NCBI GenBank assembly: GCA_035625915.1
Contig: DASPOR010000039.1
Span: 24,983 to 88,982, forward strand
Reading direction: 5' to 3'
From: Alphaproteobacteria bacterium
GTDB taxonomy: Bacteria > Pseudomonadota > Alphaproteobacteria > JACZXZ01
Length of the DNA: 64,000 nucleotides
Shown here: positions 51,683 through 61,756 of the stretch, in pieces
Position numbering within the stretch: position 1 is the stretch's first letter
Layout of the letters: the number at the start of each line of letters is the position of its first letter
The notes under the pieces: generated by a model
Told to the model about the DNA's origin: nothing
What the model saw: the letters and a program-made list of their open reading frames with translations, nothing else
Database searches by the model: none
Made by a program: the position numbers and the translations under genes

Positions 51683-52668
51683 GGGACCTCCTCGGCCGGG
51701 GAAGCCTCAACGGGCCACGCAGCGGCGCCCGTGCGCACGGCCGCGCGTAGGCGTGCCGAACGCGCCCGCGGATTGCTTGCGATTTCATCGTCCTTGGGCC
51801 GCATCGCCTTCTTGGCGATGAGTTCGAAGCTCGCAGCACGGGGTGCGACCTCGCCTGGCAGCAGCCGCGATTTCGACGCTCCGACCGCGCTGCGGGCCTT
51901 GAGAAAGCGCTTTATCTTGCGATCTTCGAGGGAGTGAAACGCGACGACGGCGAGCCGGCCGCCGGGTGCGAGAATCCGCTCCGCCGCCGCGAGGCCGCGG
52001 TCAAGCTCGCCAAGTTCGTCGTTCACGTGGATGCGCAGTGCTTGAAAGGTTCGCGTCGAGGGGTCGATGCCGTCGCGTCCCTGGCGGACGACACGGCGGA
52101 TGATGGTGGCGAGGCGGCCCGTCGTGTCGATCGGTGCCTCGGTACGGGCCGCCACGATCGCACGGGCGATCTGGCGGGCAAACCTTTCCTCGCCATAATG
52201 GTGAATGATGCGGGCAAGCGATGCTTCGTCGAGGGTGTTGACGATATCGGCGGCACTGGCGCCGTCCCGTTCCATGCGCATGTCGAGCGGGCCGTCCGCG
52301 CGAAAGGAGAACCCGCGCGCGGGGTCGTCGATCTGGATGGAGCTCACGCCGAGATCGAGGGCAACGCCGTCGACCGCCGTGATGTCATGCTTTGCGAGCA
52401 GGTCGCCCATCTCGCCGTAGCGGCCGGAAAGCAGCGTGAGGCGGTCTTCGTAGTGCTGCACGAGCCGCTCCCCGCGCTCGAGCGCCACCGGGTCGCGATC
52501 GATTCCCCAAACCGTGCAGCGGGCGGCTCGAAGCAAAGCCTCGGAATAGCCGCCGAGGCCGAACGTGCCGTCGACATAGATTCCATCGTCACGTGGGGCC
52601 AGCACGGAAAGCACTTCGCGCAGCATGACCGGCACGTGGCCGCCGGGGAGGCCATTCGCCGCGATCAT
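51679..52668 (-). CDS. rsmH: 16S rRNA (cytosine1402-N4)-methyltransferase RsmH (MraW)
   Basis: HVPVMLREVL...YVDGTFGLGGYS is the MraW signature. Confidence 0.92.
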   Translation of the reverse strand: MIAANGLPGGHVPVMLREVLSVLAPRDDGIYVDGTFGLGGYSEALLRAARCTVWGIDRDPVALERGERLVQHYEDRLTLLSGRYGEMGDLLAKHDITAVDGVALDLGVSSIQIDDPARGFSFRADGPLDMRMERDGASAADIVNTLDEASLARIIHHYGEERFARQIARAIVAARTEAPIDTTGRLATIIRRVVRQGRDGIDPSTRTFQALRIHVNDELGELDRGLAAAERILAPGGRLAVVAFHSLEDRKIKRFLKARSAVGASKSRLLPGEVAPRAASFELIAKKAMRPKDDEIASNPRARSARLRAAVRTGAAAWPVEASPAEEVP

Positions 52669-53162
52669 GGCGCGCCTCCAGCACCGCCGTCGCCTTCGCC
52701 CGGCGCGCCCTGGGGCGGGCGGACCTTGAGCGTCATGCCCTGGCGCCGCGCGCGCTCGCGCGCCTCGGCCGCAAAGCTCTCTCGCCCTTTGGGCTCCCAA
52801 ATCTGAAAGCGAGGGCCTTGTCCGACGAAGGCCGCAAGCTCGGTTATTCCCGAATGGTCGATGAGCGCTTGGGGCAGCATGATGCGCCCTTCGGAATCGA
52901 ACGGGAGCTGATGGGCTTCGGCGAAAATGGTGGCGGCGAGGTCTTCCTGTTGATCGGAGAAGGTCTCAACGTCGTAAAGGCTTCGGGCCAACTGGTGCAT
53001 GAAGTCGATGGCGCAACATTCGAGGGCTTTGTGCTTGAAGGAGGGGAACGCGACGACACCGCTAAAGCTCTGGCCCGCAATGGCGGAACGGAAGCTCGCC
53101 GGAACGGACACGCGCCCTTTCCGATCGACCTTGTTCACCACCGTTCCGACGAACAGCGCCAT
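52665..53162 (-). CDS. mraZ: Transcriptional regulator MraZ
   Basis: Duplicated MraZ domain (MALFVGTVVNKVDRKGRVSVPASFR...FDSEGRIMLPQALID). Confidence 0.9.
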   Translation of the reverse strand: MALFVGTVVNKVDRKGRVSVPASFRSAIAGQSFSGVVAFPSFKHKALECCAIDFMHQLARSLYDVETFSDQQEDLAATIFAEAHQLPFDSEGRIMLPQALIDHSGITELAAFVGQGPRFQIWEPKGRESFAAEARERARRQGMTLKVRPPQGAPGEGDGGAGGAP

Positions 53163-53243
53163 GCTGCCCCCAACTGGACCGCCAGCACGGTCCGAACTTC
53201 CCCGGCATCACCCGCCTGCGCTTGGTTGGCGGGATGCTATCCT

Positions 53244-53276
53244 TGGGAAAACATGGGATAACATGGGATAAAATGG
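53244..53276. promoter_or_regulatory. MraZ-box array: TGGGA repeated 3.5 times with exact 10-bp phasing (TGGGAaaacaTGGGAtaacaTGGGAtaaaaTGG), 80-115 bp upstream of mraZ
   Basis: Direct repeats read from the sequence. MraZ is known to bind phased TGGGN-type direct repeats in the Pmra promoter of E. coli. Confidence 0.55.
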
Positions 53277-53514
53277 CCGTCAATGGATTTTCATAGTAAA
53301 AGCGAAGGCTTAGCCAAGAGATTTCGCCTGCTCGATTTGAAGCCGCGAAGGTCATCCAAGACCAAAGGTGCCACGTTGCTGAAGGAACGGCGCACATTCA
53401 TTCACGGGATTGAGGCGGAAATTTGTTCTCAAAATGTTCTTTCACGGATTTTCATGGGTCTCACCTTGCAGTCTCTGCAAGGGCCGCGTTGTTTTCCAAT
53501 TCGCGGGAATCGAG

Positions 53515-53928
53515 AAATGCCAGACGGCCTATAAGCCGGGTTCTGTCTTCGCCATCGGATCAATGACCCTGGGCGAAGGATGGCCATTCATCTGGGACGC
53601 CCGTTGCCGGGCGCCTCGCGCGACCTACCCGGATGGCAGCGCAGAAACTCGCCTGCTAACAATGAGTTAGCGGCCATCCCTACTTGGTCTTGCTCCCGGT
53701 GGGGTTTGCCCTGCCGCCCCCGTCGCCGGGGGCGCGGTGCGCTCTTGCCGCCCCATTTCGCCCTTACCGGCACCCGTTTCCGGGCCGGCCGGCGGAATAT
53801 TTTCTGTGGCACTGTCCCTGGGGTTGCCCCCGCCGGGTGTTACCCGGCACCGCGTTTCCGTGGAGCCCGGACTTTCCTCCCCCCGGCCATGCCGGCCGGA
53901 AGGCGGCCATCCGGCCGTCTGGCGCCTT
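53515..53928 (-). ncRNA. rnpB: RNase P RNA (type A, bacterial)
   Basis: Reverse complement contains AGGAAAGTCCGGGCTCCACGG, GGGTAACACCC, ACAGAAA, GGTAAGGGCGAAATGGGGCGGCAAGAGCGCACC, CACCGGGAGCAAGACCAAGTAGGG and AGATGAATGGC...GACAGAACCCGGCTTATAGGCCGTCTGGC, collinear with E. coli M1 RNA. P1 5' arm GCCAGACGGCC pairs with 3' arm GGCCGTCTGGC. All six-frame ORFs across this region are artefacts. Confidence 0.85.
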
Positions 53929-54001
53929 AGAGGTACGCGCCGGGTGGAATGGGGTCAAGACCTCCTGGCGGCCGCTTGCCAGCAGAGGCACGCCCAGCGC
54001 G

Positions 54002-54751
54002 CTATTCGGTCGGCAACCGGCCCAAAAGGTGATGCAGCAGGCTGACCGTCTCCGGGTCGGCGACGCCATCGACGCATCGCTGGCGGAAATGCCGCTGGAA
54101 GGCGGTTACGACCGCTTCCGTGGTTGGATCGTAGAGTCCTGTCCCTTCAACGCCGTAGCCAAAGCCGGATAGGGCAAGCTGGAGATTTGTAACGGCCGGA
54201 CCTGAGGCACCGGGGCCAAGTCGGCTGGCGTTGGCGGAAATCCGAAAGCTCGCATCCGGCCAGAGGCCAACTCCGGCGCGCGCGAGCCGCGCCCAGTCGA
54301 AACGCTCGCCCGGGTCTTGCTTTCGCGTGGGAGCCACGTCGGAGTGCCCAAGGACCCGATGCGCGGGAATGGGATGGTGCGCAAGGATTGCCCTGGCGAG
54401 GTTTTCAAGGGCTTCCATCTGCGCCTCAGGGAAATCGCGATAGCCGAACTCGTGGCCTGGATTGACCAGTTCGATCCCGATCGAATGTGCGTTCACATCG
54501 CGAATGCCTGCCCAATGGCTGACACCCGCGTGCCAGGCCCGACGTTCCTCGGCCACCAGACGGTAACAGGCGCCGTCCTCGTCGATGGCGTAATGGGCGC
54601 TGACTTTCGCCGCAGGATCGCATAGCCGTTCGAGTGCGGCACGACACGTCGTCATTCCGGTATAGTGAAGAAGAAGGATATCGATCGCACCGCCGGCCGG
54701 ACGCGTGTCGTGGTTGGGTGAGGGATGTTCGATGAAACGCGGTTCGTTCAC
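54002..54751 (-). CDS. AmpD-family N-acetylmuramoyl-L-alanine amidase with C-terminal peptidoglycan-binding domain
   Basis: Amidase_2 core (HPSPNHDTRP...LLLHYTG...RRAWHAGVSHWAG...IGIELV...GHSDVAPTRKQDPGERFDW) aligns to E. coli AmpD. C-terminal PG_binding_1-like segment. GTG start chosen by alignment. Confidence 0.75.
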   Translation of the reverse strand: MNEPRFIEHPSPNHDTRPAGGAIDILLLHYTGMTTCRAALERLCDPAAKVSAHYAIDEDGACYRLVAEERRAWHAGVSHWAGIRDVNAHSIGIELVNPGHEFGYRDFPEAQMEALENLARAILAHHPIPAHRVLGHSDVAPTRKQDPGERFDWARLARAGVGLWPDASFRISANASRLGPGASGPAVTNLQLALSGFGYGVEGTGLYDPTTEAVVTAFQRHFRQRCVDGVADPETVSLLHHLLGRLPTE

Positions 54752-54995
54752 GATCTCTCGACTCCCACCGTGCAAACGATCGTCTAGCTCAGGCGCAGGT
54801 TCGAGTAGCTTAGCATGGCGAGCATGAAGTCGTCGGCGCTCGCTTCGGCCAAAAAATCTTCGAAGCGGGTCGCGCCGCCGTCCGCAGCACTTATTGCCTT
54901 TCGTCCTTGCCGGCTCCAAATGCGGGGAGTAGCGTCGATCCCCGGTGCATTCGCACCGGGTCATGCCGTCACGAGTGCCGGCGAGGAGACATTGG

Positions 54996-56399
54996 ATGAG
55001 TGCAGTGCCGAAGACTTCTTCTGAACCGAGGCTCAAGGCGGCGGCCCTCGATGAACTCAAGGCGCTGTTGGGCGAACGCTTCACGACCGCGATGGCGGTG
55101 CGTCAGCTTCATGGCAAGGACGAGTCGAGCTTCGCGGCCGTACCGCCGGAGGCCGTCGCGTTCGCGCAATCGACCGAGGAAGTGAGCGCCATCGTCAAGA
55201 TCTGCGCGCGCCACAAGGTGCCCGTCATTCCGTTTGGCACGGGTACGTCGCTTGAGGGCCATGTGCTGGCCGTTCAGGGCGGGGTGTGCGTCGATTTGAG
55301 CCAGATGAACAATATTCTCCGCGTGAGCCGCGAGGACCTCGACGTCACCGTCCAGGCCGGCGTTACGCGCAAACAGCTCAACGAGAACATCCGCGACACG
55401 GGGCTCTTCTTTCCGATCGACCCAGGCGCGGATGCGTCCTTGGGGGGCATGGCGGCGACGCGGGCCTCGGGTACGAATGCCGTGCGCTACGGCACCATGC
55501 GCGAGAACGTGCTCGGCCTCACCGTCGTGCTGCCCGACGGGCGCGTCATACGCACCGCGAAGCGCGCGCGGAAATCCTCTGCCGGGTACGATCTCACGCG
55601 ACTTTTCGTAGGCTCCGAAGGAACGCTCGGCGTGATCACGGAAGTGACATTGCGCCTCTATGGCATACCGGAGGCGATTTCGGCTGCGGTTTGCCCGTTC
55701 CCTAATCTCGAGGCGGCGGTTAATACGGTCATTCAGACAATTCAGATGGGCGTGCCGATCGCGCGTATCGAACTCATCGATCCGACCGCGATGCGCGCCA
55801 TCAATCGCTTCTCGAAGCTCGACTACCCCGAAGCCTTCACGCTTTTCTTCGAGTTCCACGGCAGCGAGAGCGGGGTCAAGGAACAGGTCGAGACCGTGGA
55901 GGCGATCGCGGGCGAGCACGGCGCCAACGATTTCAAGTGGGCGTCGAGGCCGGAGGAGCGAAACAAGCTCTGGCAGGCGCGCCATGACGCCTATTTCGCC
56001 TCGATCCAGTTGCGCCCCGGCTGTCGCGGCATTTCAACCGACGTGTGCGTGCCGATCTCGCGCCTTGCCGAGTGCATTCTCGAAACTCACAAGGACATCG
56101 CCAAAGCAACCATGCCGATCACCATCGTCGGCCATGTCGGCGACGGCAATTTCCATCTCCTCTTCCTGATCGATCCGAACAACGAGGCGGAGCGACACGA
56201 GGCCGAGGCTTTCAACGAGCGCATGGTCATGCGGGCTCTCGCCATGGATGGCACCTGCACGGGCGAGCACGGTGTGGGGATCGGCAAGATGGATTTTCTC
56301 GTCGCCGAGCATGGCGAGGCCGTGAGCGTGATGCGTCAGATCAAGCGGGCGATCGATCCGGATAACCTGATGAACCCGGGCAAGATCTTGCGCATTTGA
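54996..56399 (+). CDS. FAD-linked oxidase, D-lactate dehydrogenase (cytochrome)-like / GlcD family
   Basis: FAD_binding_4 (PFGTGTSLEGH) plus FAD-oxidase_C domains. Start at the ATG with GAGGAGA SD. Confidence 0.8.
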   Translation: MSAVPKTSSEPRLKAAALDELKALLGERFTTAMAVRQLHGKDESSFAAVPPEAVAFAQSTEEVSAIVKICARHKVPVIPFGTGTSLEGHVLAVQGGVCVDLSQMNNILRVSREDLDVTVQAGVTRKQLNENIRDTGLFFPIDPGADASLGGMAATRASGTNAVRYGTMRENVLGLTVVLPDGRVIRTAKRARKSSAGYDLTRLFVGSEGTLGVITEVTLRLYGIPEAISAAVCPFPNLEAAVNTVIQTIQMGVPIARIELIDPTAMRAINRFSKLDYPEAFTLFFEFHGSESGVKEQVETVEAIAGEHGANDFKWASRPEERNKLWQARHDAYFASIQLRPGCRGISTDVCVPISRLAECILETHKDIAKATMPITIVGHVGDGNFHLLFLIDPNNEAERHEAEAFNERMVMRALAMDGTCTGEHGVGIGKMDFLVAEHGEAVSVMRQIKRAIDPDNLMNPGKILRI

Positions 56400-56614
56400 A
56401 CGAAAGGTTGACGCTTCCCACGCCGTAAATCGGACAGGTATTCGACATAGAGCATTTTCCGGCAAAGTGGCTGCAGGCTTGCCGTGGAAGATGCAACTAA
56501 ATCACCAAAGCTGGTGCATGACCCGATTCAATCCGATCGGATCATCCGCTATTATCGCGCGGGCTTCGCGGTACAAGATGTGCCGGCGTCGAGAGTGAGA
56601 GGAGGCCCGATTTC

Positions 56615-59600
56615 GTGAAGAAGCTGCTGATTGGCCTTGTCGTTCTGATCGCCGGAATTTTGGCGGCGGCTTTCATCGGTCCGAGCTTTGTCGACTGGAA
56701 CCAGTACAAGGGCGAAATCGCGTCCCGGATCGAGGCGGCGACCGGGTGCAAGCTAAGAATCGACGGTGAAATCTCCCTCAGCATCATTCCGGGTCCCTAT
56801 CTTTACGTCGGCGGCGTGAAGTTCGCCAACATCGCCGGTGCGGCGGAGCCCGACATCCTCCGACTCAAGGCGCTGGCGCTCAATATCGGCTTTTCGCCGT
56901 TGCTCGAGAGCCGCGTCCAGGTCGAAAGTCTCGATCTCGTCGAACCTCAATTGACGTTCGAACGCCTCGCGGATGGGCGGGATAATTGGCACTTCGGGCC
57001 GAACGCAAGTGGAGCGGCCACTTCGCGCGCCAAGCCAGCGCCAGCGAATGTCGCCTTGAGCCCGGCGGACTGCGGTCTGCCGGAGTGGATTCAGCTCGAC
57101 CGGATTGCGGTTCACAACGGCACGCTCGCTTATCGCGACGATCGGAGCGGGAAGGTCGCAACTCTCGGCCAGATCGATGGCGTGGTCGTCGCACCGCAGA
57201 TCGGGACGATCCGCGCGCAAGGCAAAGCTGTGGCAGCCGGTCAGCCTTTCGCTTTCGACACCGCACTCGAACGAGCGGGCAGCGGCGGCCTTGCGGGTCT
57301 GACCCTCAAGCTCTCGCTTGCCGATGCCAAGCTGGAATTCGCCGGCCGCATATCAGATGGCGGCGGGAGCCCTCAGCTCACAGGAAGGCTGCAAGCGTCC
57401 GGAAGCGACCTGCGCCGCTTTTACGACATGTTCGATCCGGACGGGGCAGCTTCCCTGCCGGCTTTCCTCGCGCAGAATTACGCTTTCGACGGTTCCGTCA
57501 CGGCGTCGGCCGCGAAGGTCGCGATTGGCGACCTCGCCCTTCGTCTCGGAGACGCCGATGCGAGGGGAGGGCTCGACATCGTTCCCGGCACGCCCACGAA
57601 GGCAACGCTCAAGCTCGCTCTTAACAGCATCGACTTAGACAAATGGCTTTCGATCACAGCGCCACCGCTGCCCGCCGGGGCTGCGCGAAGCGCATCCGGC
57701 ACCTCCCCCGGAACGAAGCAGCCGGTCGAAGGCCGCAATGCGGCCTTGGCACTGCCGAACGATGTCGATCTCGATTTCGACGGCACCGTTGAGGCCCTTC
57801 TCTACCGCGGCAACGTCGTGCGCCAAATCCACCTCGGTGCGGGGATGAGCAAGGGAGAGGTGTCGCTCAAGGAGCTGAAGGCGGAGTTTCCGGGCAGCTC
57901 CGATCTCACGATCTACGGGGCGTTCAACGCACAGAATGGCAAGCCGAGTTTCTCGGGCAATGTGGAGCTTGCATCGGACGACCTGCGTCGATTTCTTAGC
58001 TGGCTTATGATCGACGCGGATGGCGTGCCGGCCGAGCGGCTGCACCAGCTCCTGCTTACGGCGGCGGTGCAACTCAATGAGGATCAGCTACAGTTACGCG
58101 ATATCGACGCCAACATCGATTCATCGCATGTCGTCGGCGGTGCTACGATCCTGCTCCAGGGGCGTCCCGCATTCGGCGTGAGCCTTGCACTCGACCGGAT
58201 CAACCTCGATGCCTATTTGCCGAGTGCGGCCGGCAATGCAGCGTCGGGTGGAACGCTACCGGGTGCCGCGCCGCCGCCAAAAGCGCGATCGGCAACGGCC
58301 GGCGCGAGCGCCATTCCCTCGCGCGTCCTCGATGCGTTCGACGCGAACTTTCGCGCACGTGCGGACGAGGTCACGTTTCACGGCGAGCGAATTCTCGGCT
58401 TGCGCCTCGATGGCACGTTGCAGGGCGGCAATCTTATCCTGCGCGACGCGAGCGTCGACGACGTCGCGGGCTTGAAGGGAAATGTCGCCGGCAAGATCAC
58501 GGATTTAGACGATACGCCTAAATTCGAACTCGCCGGAAGCGTGGCAACGGCGGAACTGGCGACGTTCCTGCGATATTCCGGACTCAAATCCGCCACCACC
58601 GCCGACCAGTGGGGTGCCCTTACCCTTAAGGGTAACGTCAAAGGCAATCCGGACCGGTTCGCGATCGATCTCGACGCGCAAACGAGGGGTGTGTCTTACA
58701 AGAGTGTGGGCACAATCGATTTCGCGGGGAATGCTCCGACATACGACCTCGACGTCAACGCAACCCACCCGGATTTCGCGGTGTTCCTGCGCGGGGTCGG
58801 CTATCGACCGATGAGCGACAAGCTCGGCGACTTGCGGCTTCATGCGAAGGTGGCGGGTGGGCTCGACAAGGCGAAGATTTCAAATCTCGAAGTGGGCATC
58901 GGTTCCACGACGGTGAGCGGCCCTGTCGAGATATCCTTCGATGGACCGCGCCCGAAGATCGTCGCCAAGCTCGATGCCGGCCCCATCGATGTCGATTCGT
59001 TTCTGCCTGCCGGCGATCCAAGCGGGGGCGAAGGCAAGCCGCGGCCGCGCGGCCAGGCGGTGACGGGCATCAATTCGCGCTGGTCGACGGCACCTCTCGA
59101 TCTCGCAGGTCTCAAGTCCGCCGATGCCGATCTCACGCTCGCGAGTGCAGCACTCACCTCCGGGCAATACAGGATCGAGAGCGCCAAACTCACCTCGACG
59201 TTGTCGAACGGCACGCTCGATATCACTGGGCTGACCGGCAAGCTCCTTGACGGCAATCTCAAGCTGTCGGGGAGGCTCGAAGCCTCGGGCGAACCGGCAG
59301 CGAATTTCGATCTGAATCTCGATGGAGCCAACCTCGGCGAGGCCGGATTGAAGATCGGTGCTGTGCGGCTCATCAAGGGCTCATTGTCGGCGACGGCGAG
59401 CCTCTCGGCGCATGGCGCAAGCGAGGCCGCGTTCGTGCGCGCCTTGAACGGCAGCGGTTCGCTCAAGGTGCAAGACGGCACGCTCAGGGGAATCGACCTT
59501 TCGGCAATGAGCGACCGCGTCGCGAAGCTCGACCGCACGGTCGATCTGCTCGCCCTTGCCGCGATCGCGACCTCCGGCGGCGAAAGTCAGGTGAAAAGCC

Positions 59601-59995
59601 TCGCAGGTAGCTTCACGCTCAAGAACGGTGTCGGCGAAAACAAGGACCTGACGATCGAAACGGACGGCGCCTCCGGCAAGGGCGCGGGCACCCTCGATTT
59701 GCCGAACTGGTACATGGAATACGAGATCGCGTTCACGCTTACGGGTGCGGCCGACGCTCCACCCTTTTCGATCAAGCTCAAGGGCGCTCCGGACGAGCCG
59801 CGCAAGTTCCTGGATGCCAACGCGCTCCAGGAATACCTCTTGAAGCGCAGTGCCGCCGCGGTCAAGGACACGGGCAAGGAGAACAAGCCGGCCAACGCGG
59901 GACAGACTGCACCTGCCAATACGGAGGCGAATCCATCCGCCGACTCGATCATCCAGGATCTTTTGAAAAGCTTGAACAAGAAGGCCCCGCAATAA
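56615..59995 (+). CDS. AsmA-family protein (large envelope-biogenesis protein, N-terminal TM anchor)
   Basis: GTG start with GAGAGGAGG SD. N-terminal anchor KKLLIGLVVLIAGILAAAFI followed by an AsmA-like region. 1126 aa of repetitive beta-rich sequence typical of AsmA/TamB-like proteins. Confidence 0.75.
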   Translation: MKKLLIGLVVLIAGILAAAFIGPSFVDWNQYKGEIASRIEAATGCKLRIDGEISLSIIPGPYLYVGGVKFANIAGAAEPDILRLKALALNIGFSPLLESRVQVESLDLVEPQLTFERLADGRDNWHFGPNASGAATSRAKPAPANVALSPADCGLPEWIQLDRIAVHNGTLAYRDDRSGKVATLGQIDGVVVAPQIGTIRAQGKAVAAGQPFAFDTALERAGSGGLAGLTLKLSLADAKLEFAGRISDGGGSPQLTGRLQASGSDLRRFYDMFDPDGAASLPAFLAQNYAFDGSVTASAAKVAIGDLALRLGDADARGGLDIVPGTPTKATLKLALNSIDLDKWLSITAPPLPAGAARSASGTSPGTKQPVEGRNAALALPNDVDLDFDGTVEALLYRGNVVRQIHLGAGMSKGEVSLKELKAEFPGSSDLTIYGAFNAQNGKPSFSGNVELASDDLRRFLSWLMIDADGVPAERLHQLLLTAAVQLNEDQLQLRDIDANIDSSHVVGGATILLQGRPAFGVSLALDRINLDAYLPSAAGNAASGGTLPGAAPPPKARSATAGASAIPSRVLDAFDANFRARADEVTFHGERILGLRLDGTLQGGNLILRDASVDDVAGLKGNVAGKITDLDDTPKFELAGSVATAELATFLRYSGLKSATTADQWGALTLKGNVKGNPDRFAIDLDAQTRGVSYKSVGTIDFAGNAPTYDLDVNATHPDFAVFLRGVGYRPMSDKLGDLRLHAKVAGGLDKAKISNLEVGIGSTTVSGPVEISFDGPRPKIVAKLDAGPIDVDSFLPAGDPSGGEGKPRPRGQAVTGINSRWSTAPLDLAGLKSADADLTLASAALTSGQYRIESAKLTSTLSNGTLDITGLTGKLLDGNLKLSGRLEASGEPAANFDLNLDGANLGEAGLKIGAVRLIKGSLSATASLSAHGASEAAFVRALNGSGSLKVQDGTLRGIDLSAMSDRVAKLDRTVDLLALAAIATSGGESQVKSLAGSFTLKNGVGENKDLTIETDGASGKGAGTLDLPNWYMEYEIAFTLTGAADAPPFSIKLKGAPDEPRKFLDANALQEYLLKRSAAAVKDTGKENKPANAGQTAPANTEANPSADSIIQDLLKSLNKKAPQ

Positions 59996-60055
59996 CGGGC
60001 GCGATCAACCGACGCGATCGGTCGGGGCATCGCTCTGCGCGGCGCGCATCCCTCG

Positions 60056-60268
60056 TCACCGAGAAGCCTTCAGTGTCTCCAGCACGTGAATGCGCAACGC
60101 GCTCGAAAGATTGCCGCGCCGCTTGCCGTCGATCTCCTCGATCAGCAGGTTCAGCGAAATCCCGCGCCCGCTCGCGATCTCCTTGAGGGCCTCCCAAAAA
60201 GGTGCCTCGAGCGACACGCTCGTGCGGTGCCCCGCGATCGTGACCGAGCGTTTCGCGAGGCCCGCCAT
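60056..60268 (-). CDS. Ribbon-helix-helix domain protein (RHH_4-like)
   Basis: SVSLEAPFWEALKEIASGRGISLNLLIEEIDGKRRGNLSSALRIHVL matches the small RHH family commonly found beside fumC in alphaproteobacteria. Confidence 0.55.
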   Translation of the reverse strand: MAGLAKRSVTIAGHRTSVSLEAPFWEALKEIASGRGISLNLLIEEIDGKRRGNLSSALRIHVLETLKASR

Positions 60269-60270
60269 GC

Positions 60271-61677
60271 CTAGCGCGGCCCGAGCATCGCTTCCGGCCG
60301 CACCCATTTGTCGAATTGCGCCTCGGTAAGGAACCCGAGTGCCATGGCGGCGCGCTTGAGCGTCGTCGACTCGGCATAGGCCTTCTTCGCGACCTTTGCC
60401 GCCTTGTCGTAGCCGATGTGGGGGTTGAGTGCGGTCACCAGCATGAGCGATTCATGCACGAGCCGGTCGATCCGCTCTTTATTCGCTTCGATGCCGATGA
60501 CGCAGTTGTCGGTGAAGCTGACGCACGCGTCGGAAAGCAGGCGAAGCGACTGCAGCAGATTATAGATGATCACGGGCTTGTAGACGTTGAGTTCGAGATG
60601 GCCTTGGCTGCCGGCGAACGTAATTGCCGTGTGATTGCCCATGACCTGGACGGCGACCATCGTCATCGCCTCGCACTGGGTGGGGTTGACCTTGCCCGGC
60701 ATGATCGAGGAGCCGAGCTCGTTCTCGGGGAGGTGCAACTCGCCCAAGCCGCAGCGCGGCCCCGACGCCAGAAGCCGGATGTCGTTCGCAATCTTCATCA
60801 GGGAGCAGGCGATCACGTTGCACGCACCCGAAGCTTCGACCATCGCGTCATGTGCCGCAAGCCCCTCGAACTTGTTCCTGGCGGGTGCAAAGGGAAGCCC
60901 CGTAATCTTGGCGAGTTGGCGTGCGAACGCCTTGTCGAAGCCGCGGCGCGCATTGAGCCCGGTTCCAACCGCGGTGCCGCCCTGGGCGACACGGAAGAGG
61001 CGGGGGAGCGTGTTGCGCGCGTGTGCGATGCCGTTCTCGACTTGCGCGGCATAGCCCGAGAATTCCTGCCCGAGGGTGAGTGGGGTTGCGTCCTGTAGGT
61101 GTGTGCGTCCGACCTTGACGATGCCCGCGAAAGCCTTCGACTTCGCTTCAAGGGCACCCTGGAGATGTTCGAGAGCCGGCACGAGCGTCCAGGCGATCTC
61201 CGCCGCCGTCGCGATGTGCATCGCGGTCGGGATGCTGTCGTTCGAGGATTGGCACATATTCACGTGATCGTTCGGATGCACGGGCGTCTTCGATCCGAGT
61301 TTCCCGCCGAGGATTTCGATTGCCCGGTTGGCGATCACTTCGTTCGCGTTCATGTTCGTCTGGGTGCCCGAGCCCGTCTGCCAAACGACGAGGGGGAAGT
61401 CGTCCGTCAGCGTGCCGTCGATGACCTCGTCCGCCGCCTTGACGATTGCGCGGCCGCGCTTCTTGTCCAGGGCGCCGAGTCCGATGTTGGCGAGGGCCGC
61501 CGCCTTTTTTTGCAAGCCGAGCGCGCGAATGAATTCGGGCGGCAGCCGCTCGCCGCCGATCCTGAAATTGCGCAGGCTGCGCTCCGTTTGAGCACCCCAG
61601 TAGCGATTCGCGGGCACCTCGATGGGGCCGAAGCTGTCGGTCTCGATCCTGGTTCTTTGCTTCGATGGTCTCGCCAT
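60271..61677 (-). CDS. fumC: Fumarate hydratase class II
   Basis: Signature GSSxMPxKxN ([17 protein letters not shown]) and a full-length aspartase/fumarase fold. Start at MARPSKQ. Confidence 0.93.
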   Translation of the reverse strand: MARPSKQRTRIETDSFGPIEVPANRYWGAQTERSLRNFRIGGERLPPEFIRALGLQKKAAALANIGLGALDKKRGRAIVKAADEVIDGTLTDDFPLVVWQTGSGTQTNMNANEVIANRAIEILGGKLGSKTPVHPNDHVNMCQSSNDSIPTAMHIATAAEIAWTLVPALEHLQGALEAKSKAFAGIVKVGRTHLQDATPLTLGQEFSGYAAQVENGIAHARNTLPRLFRVAQGGTAVGTGLNARRGFDKAFARQLAKITGLPFAPARNKFEGLAAHDAMVEASGACNVIACSLMKIANDIRLLASGPRCGLGELHLPENELGSSIMPGKVNPTQCEAMTMVAVQVMGNHTAITFAGSQGHLELNVYKPVIIYNLLQSLRLLSDACVSFTDNCVIGIEANKERIDRLVHESLMLVTALNPHIGYDKAAKVAKKAYAESTTLKRAAMALGFLTEAQFDKWVRPEAMLGPR

Positions 61678-61756
61678 GGCCTTCTCCCAGCACACATGAA
61701 AAAGCGCGCCCACTCATAGCACCGGGTGTGGGGTGGGAACACCCGAGCGGTAGAAC

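Noticed and set aside
53580-54172. Overlapping six-frame ORFs (116, 74, 162, 102 and 101 aa) in both strands
   Set aside because: They cover the RNase P RNA gene. The region is explained by rnpB conserved blocks, not protein coding.
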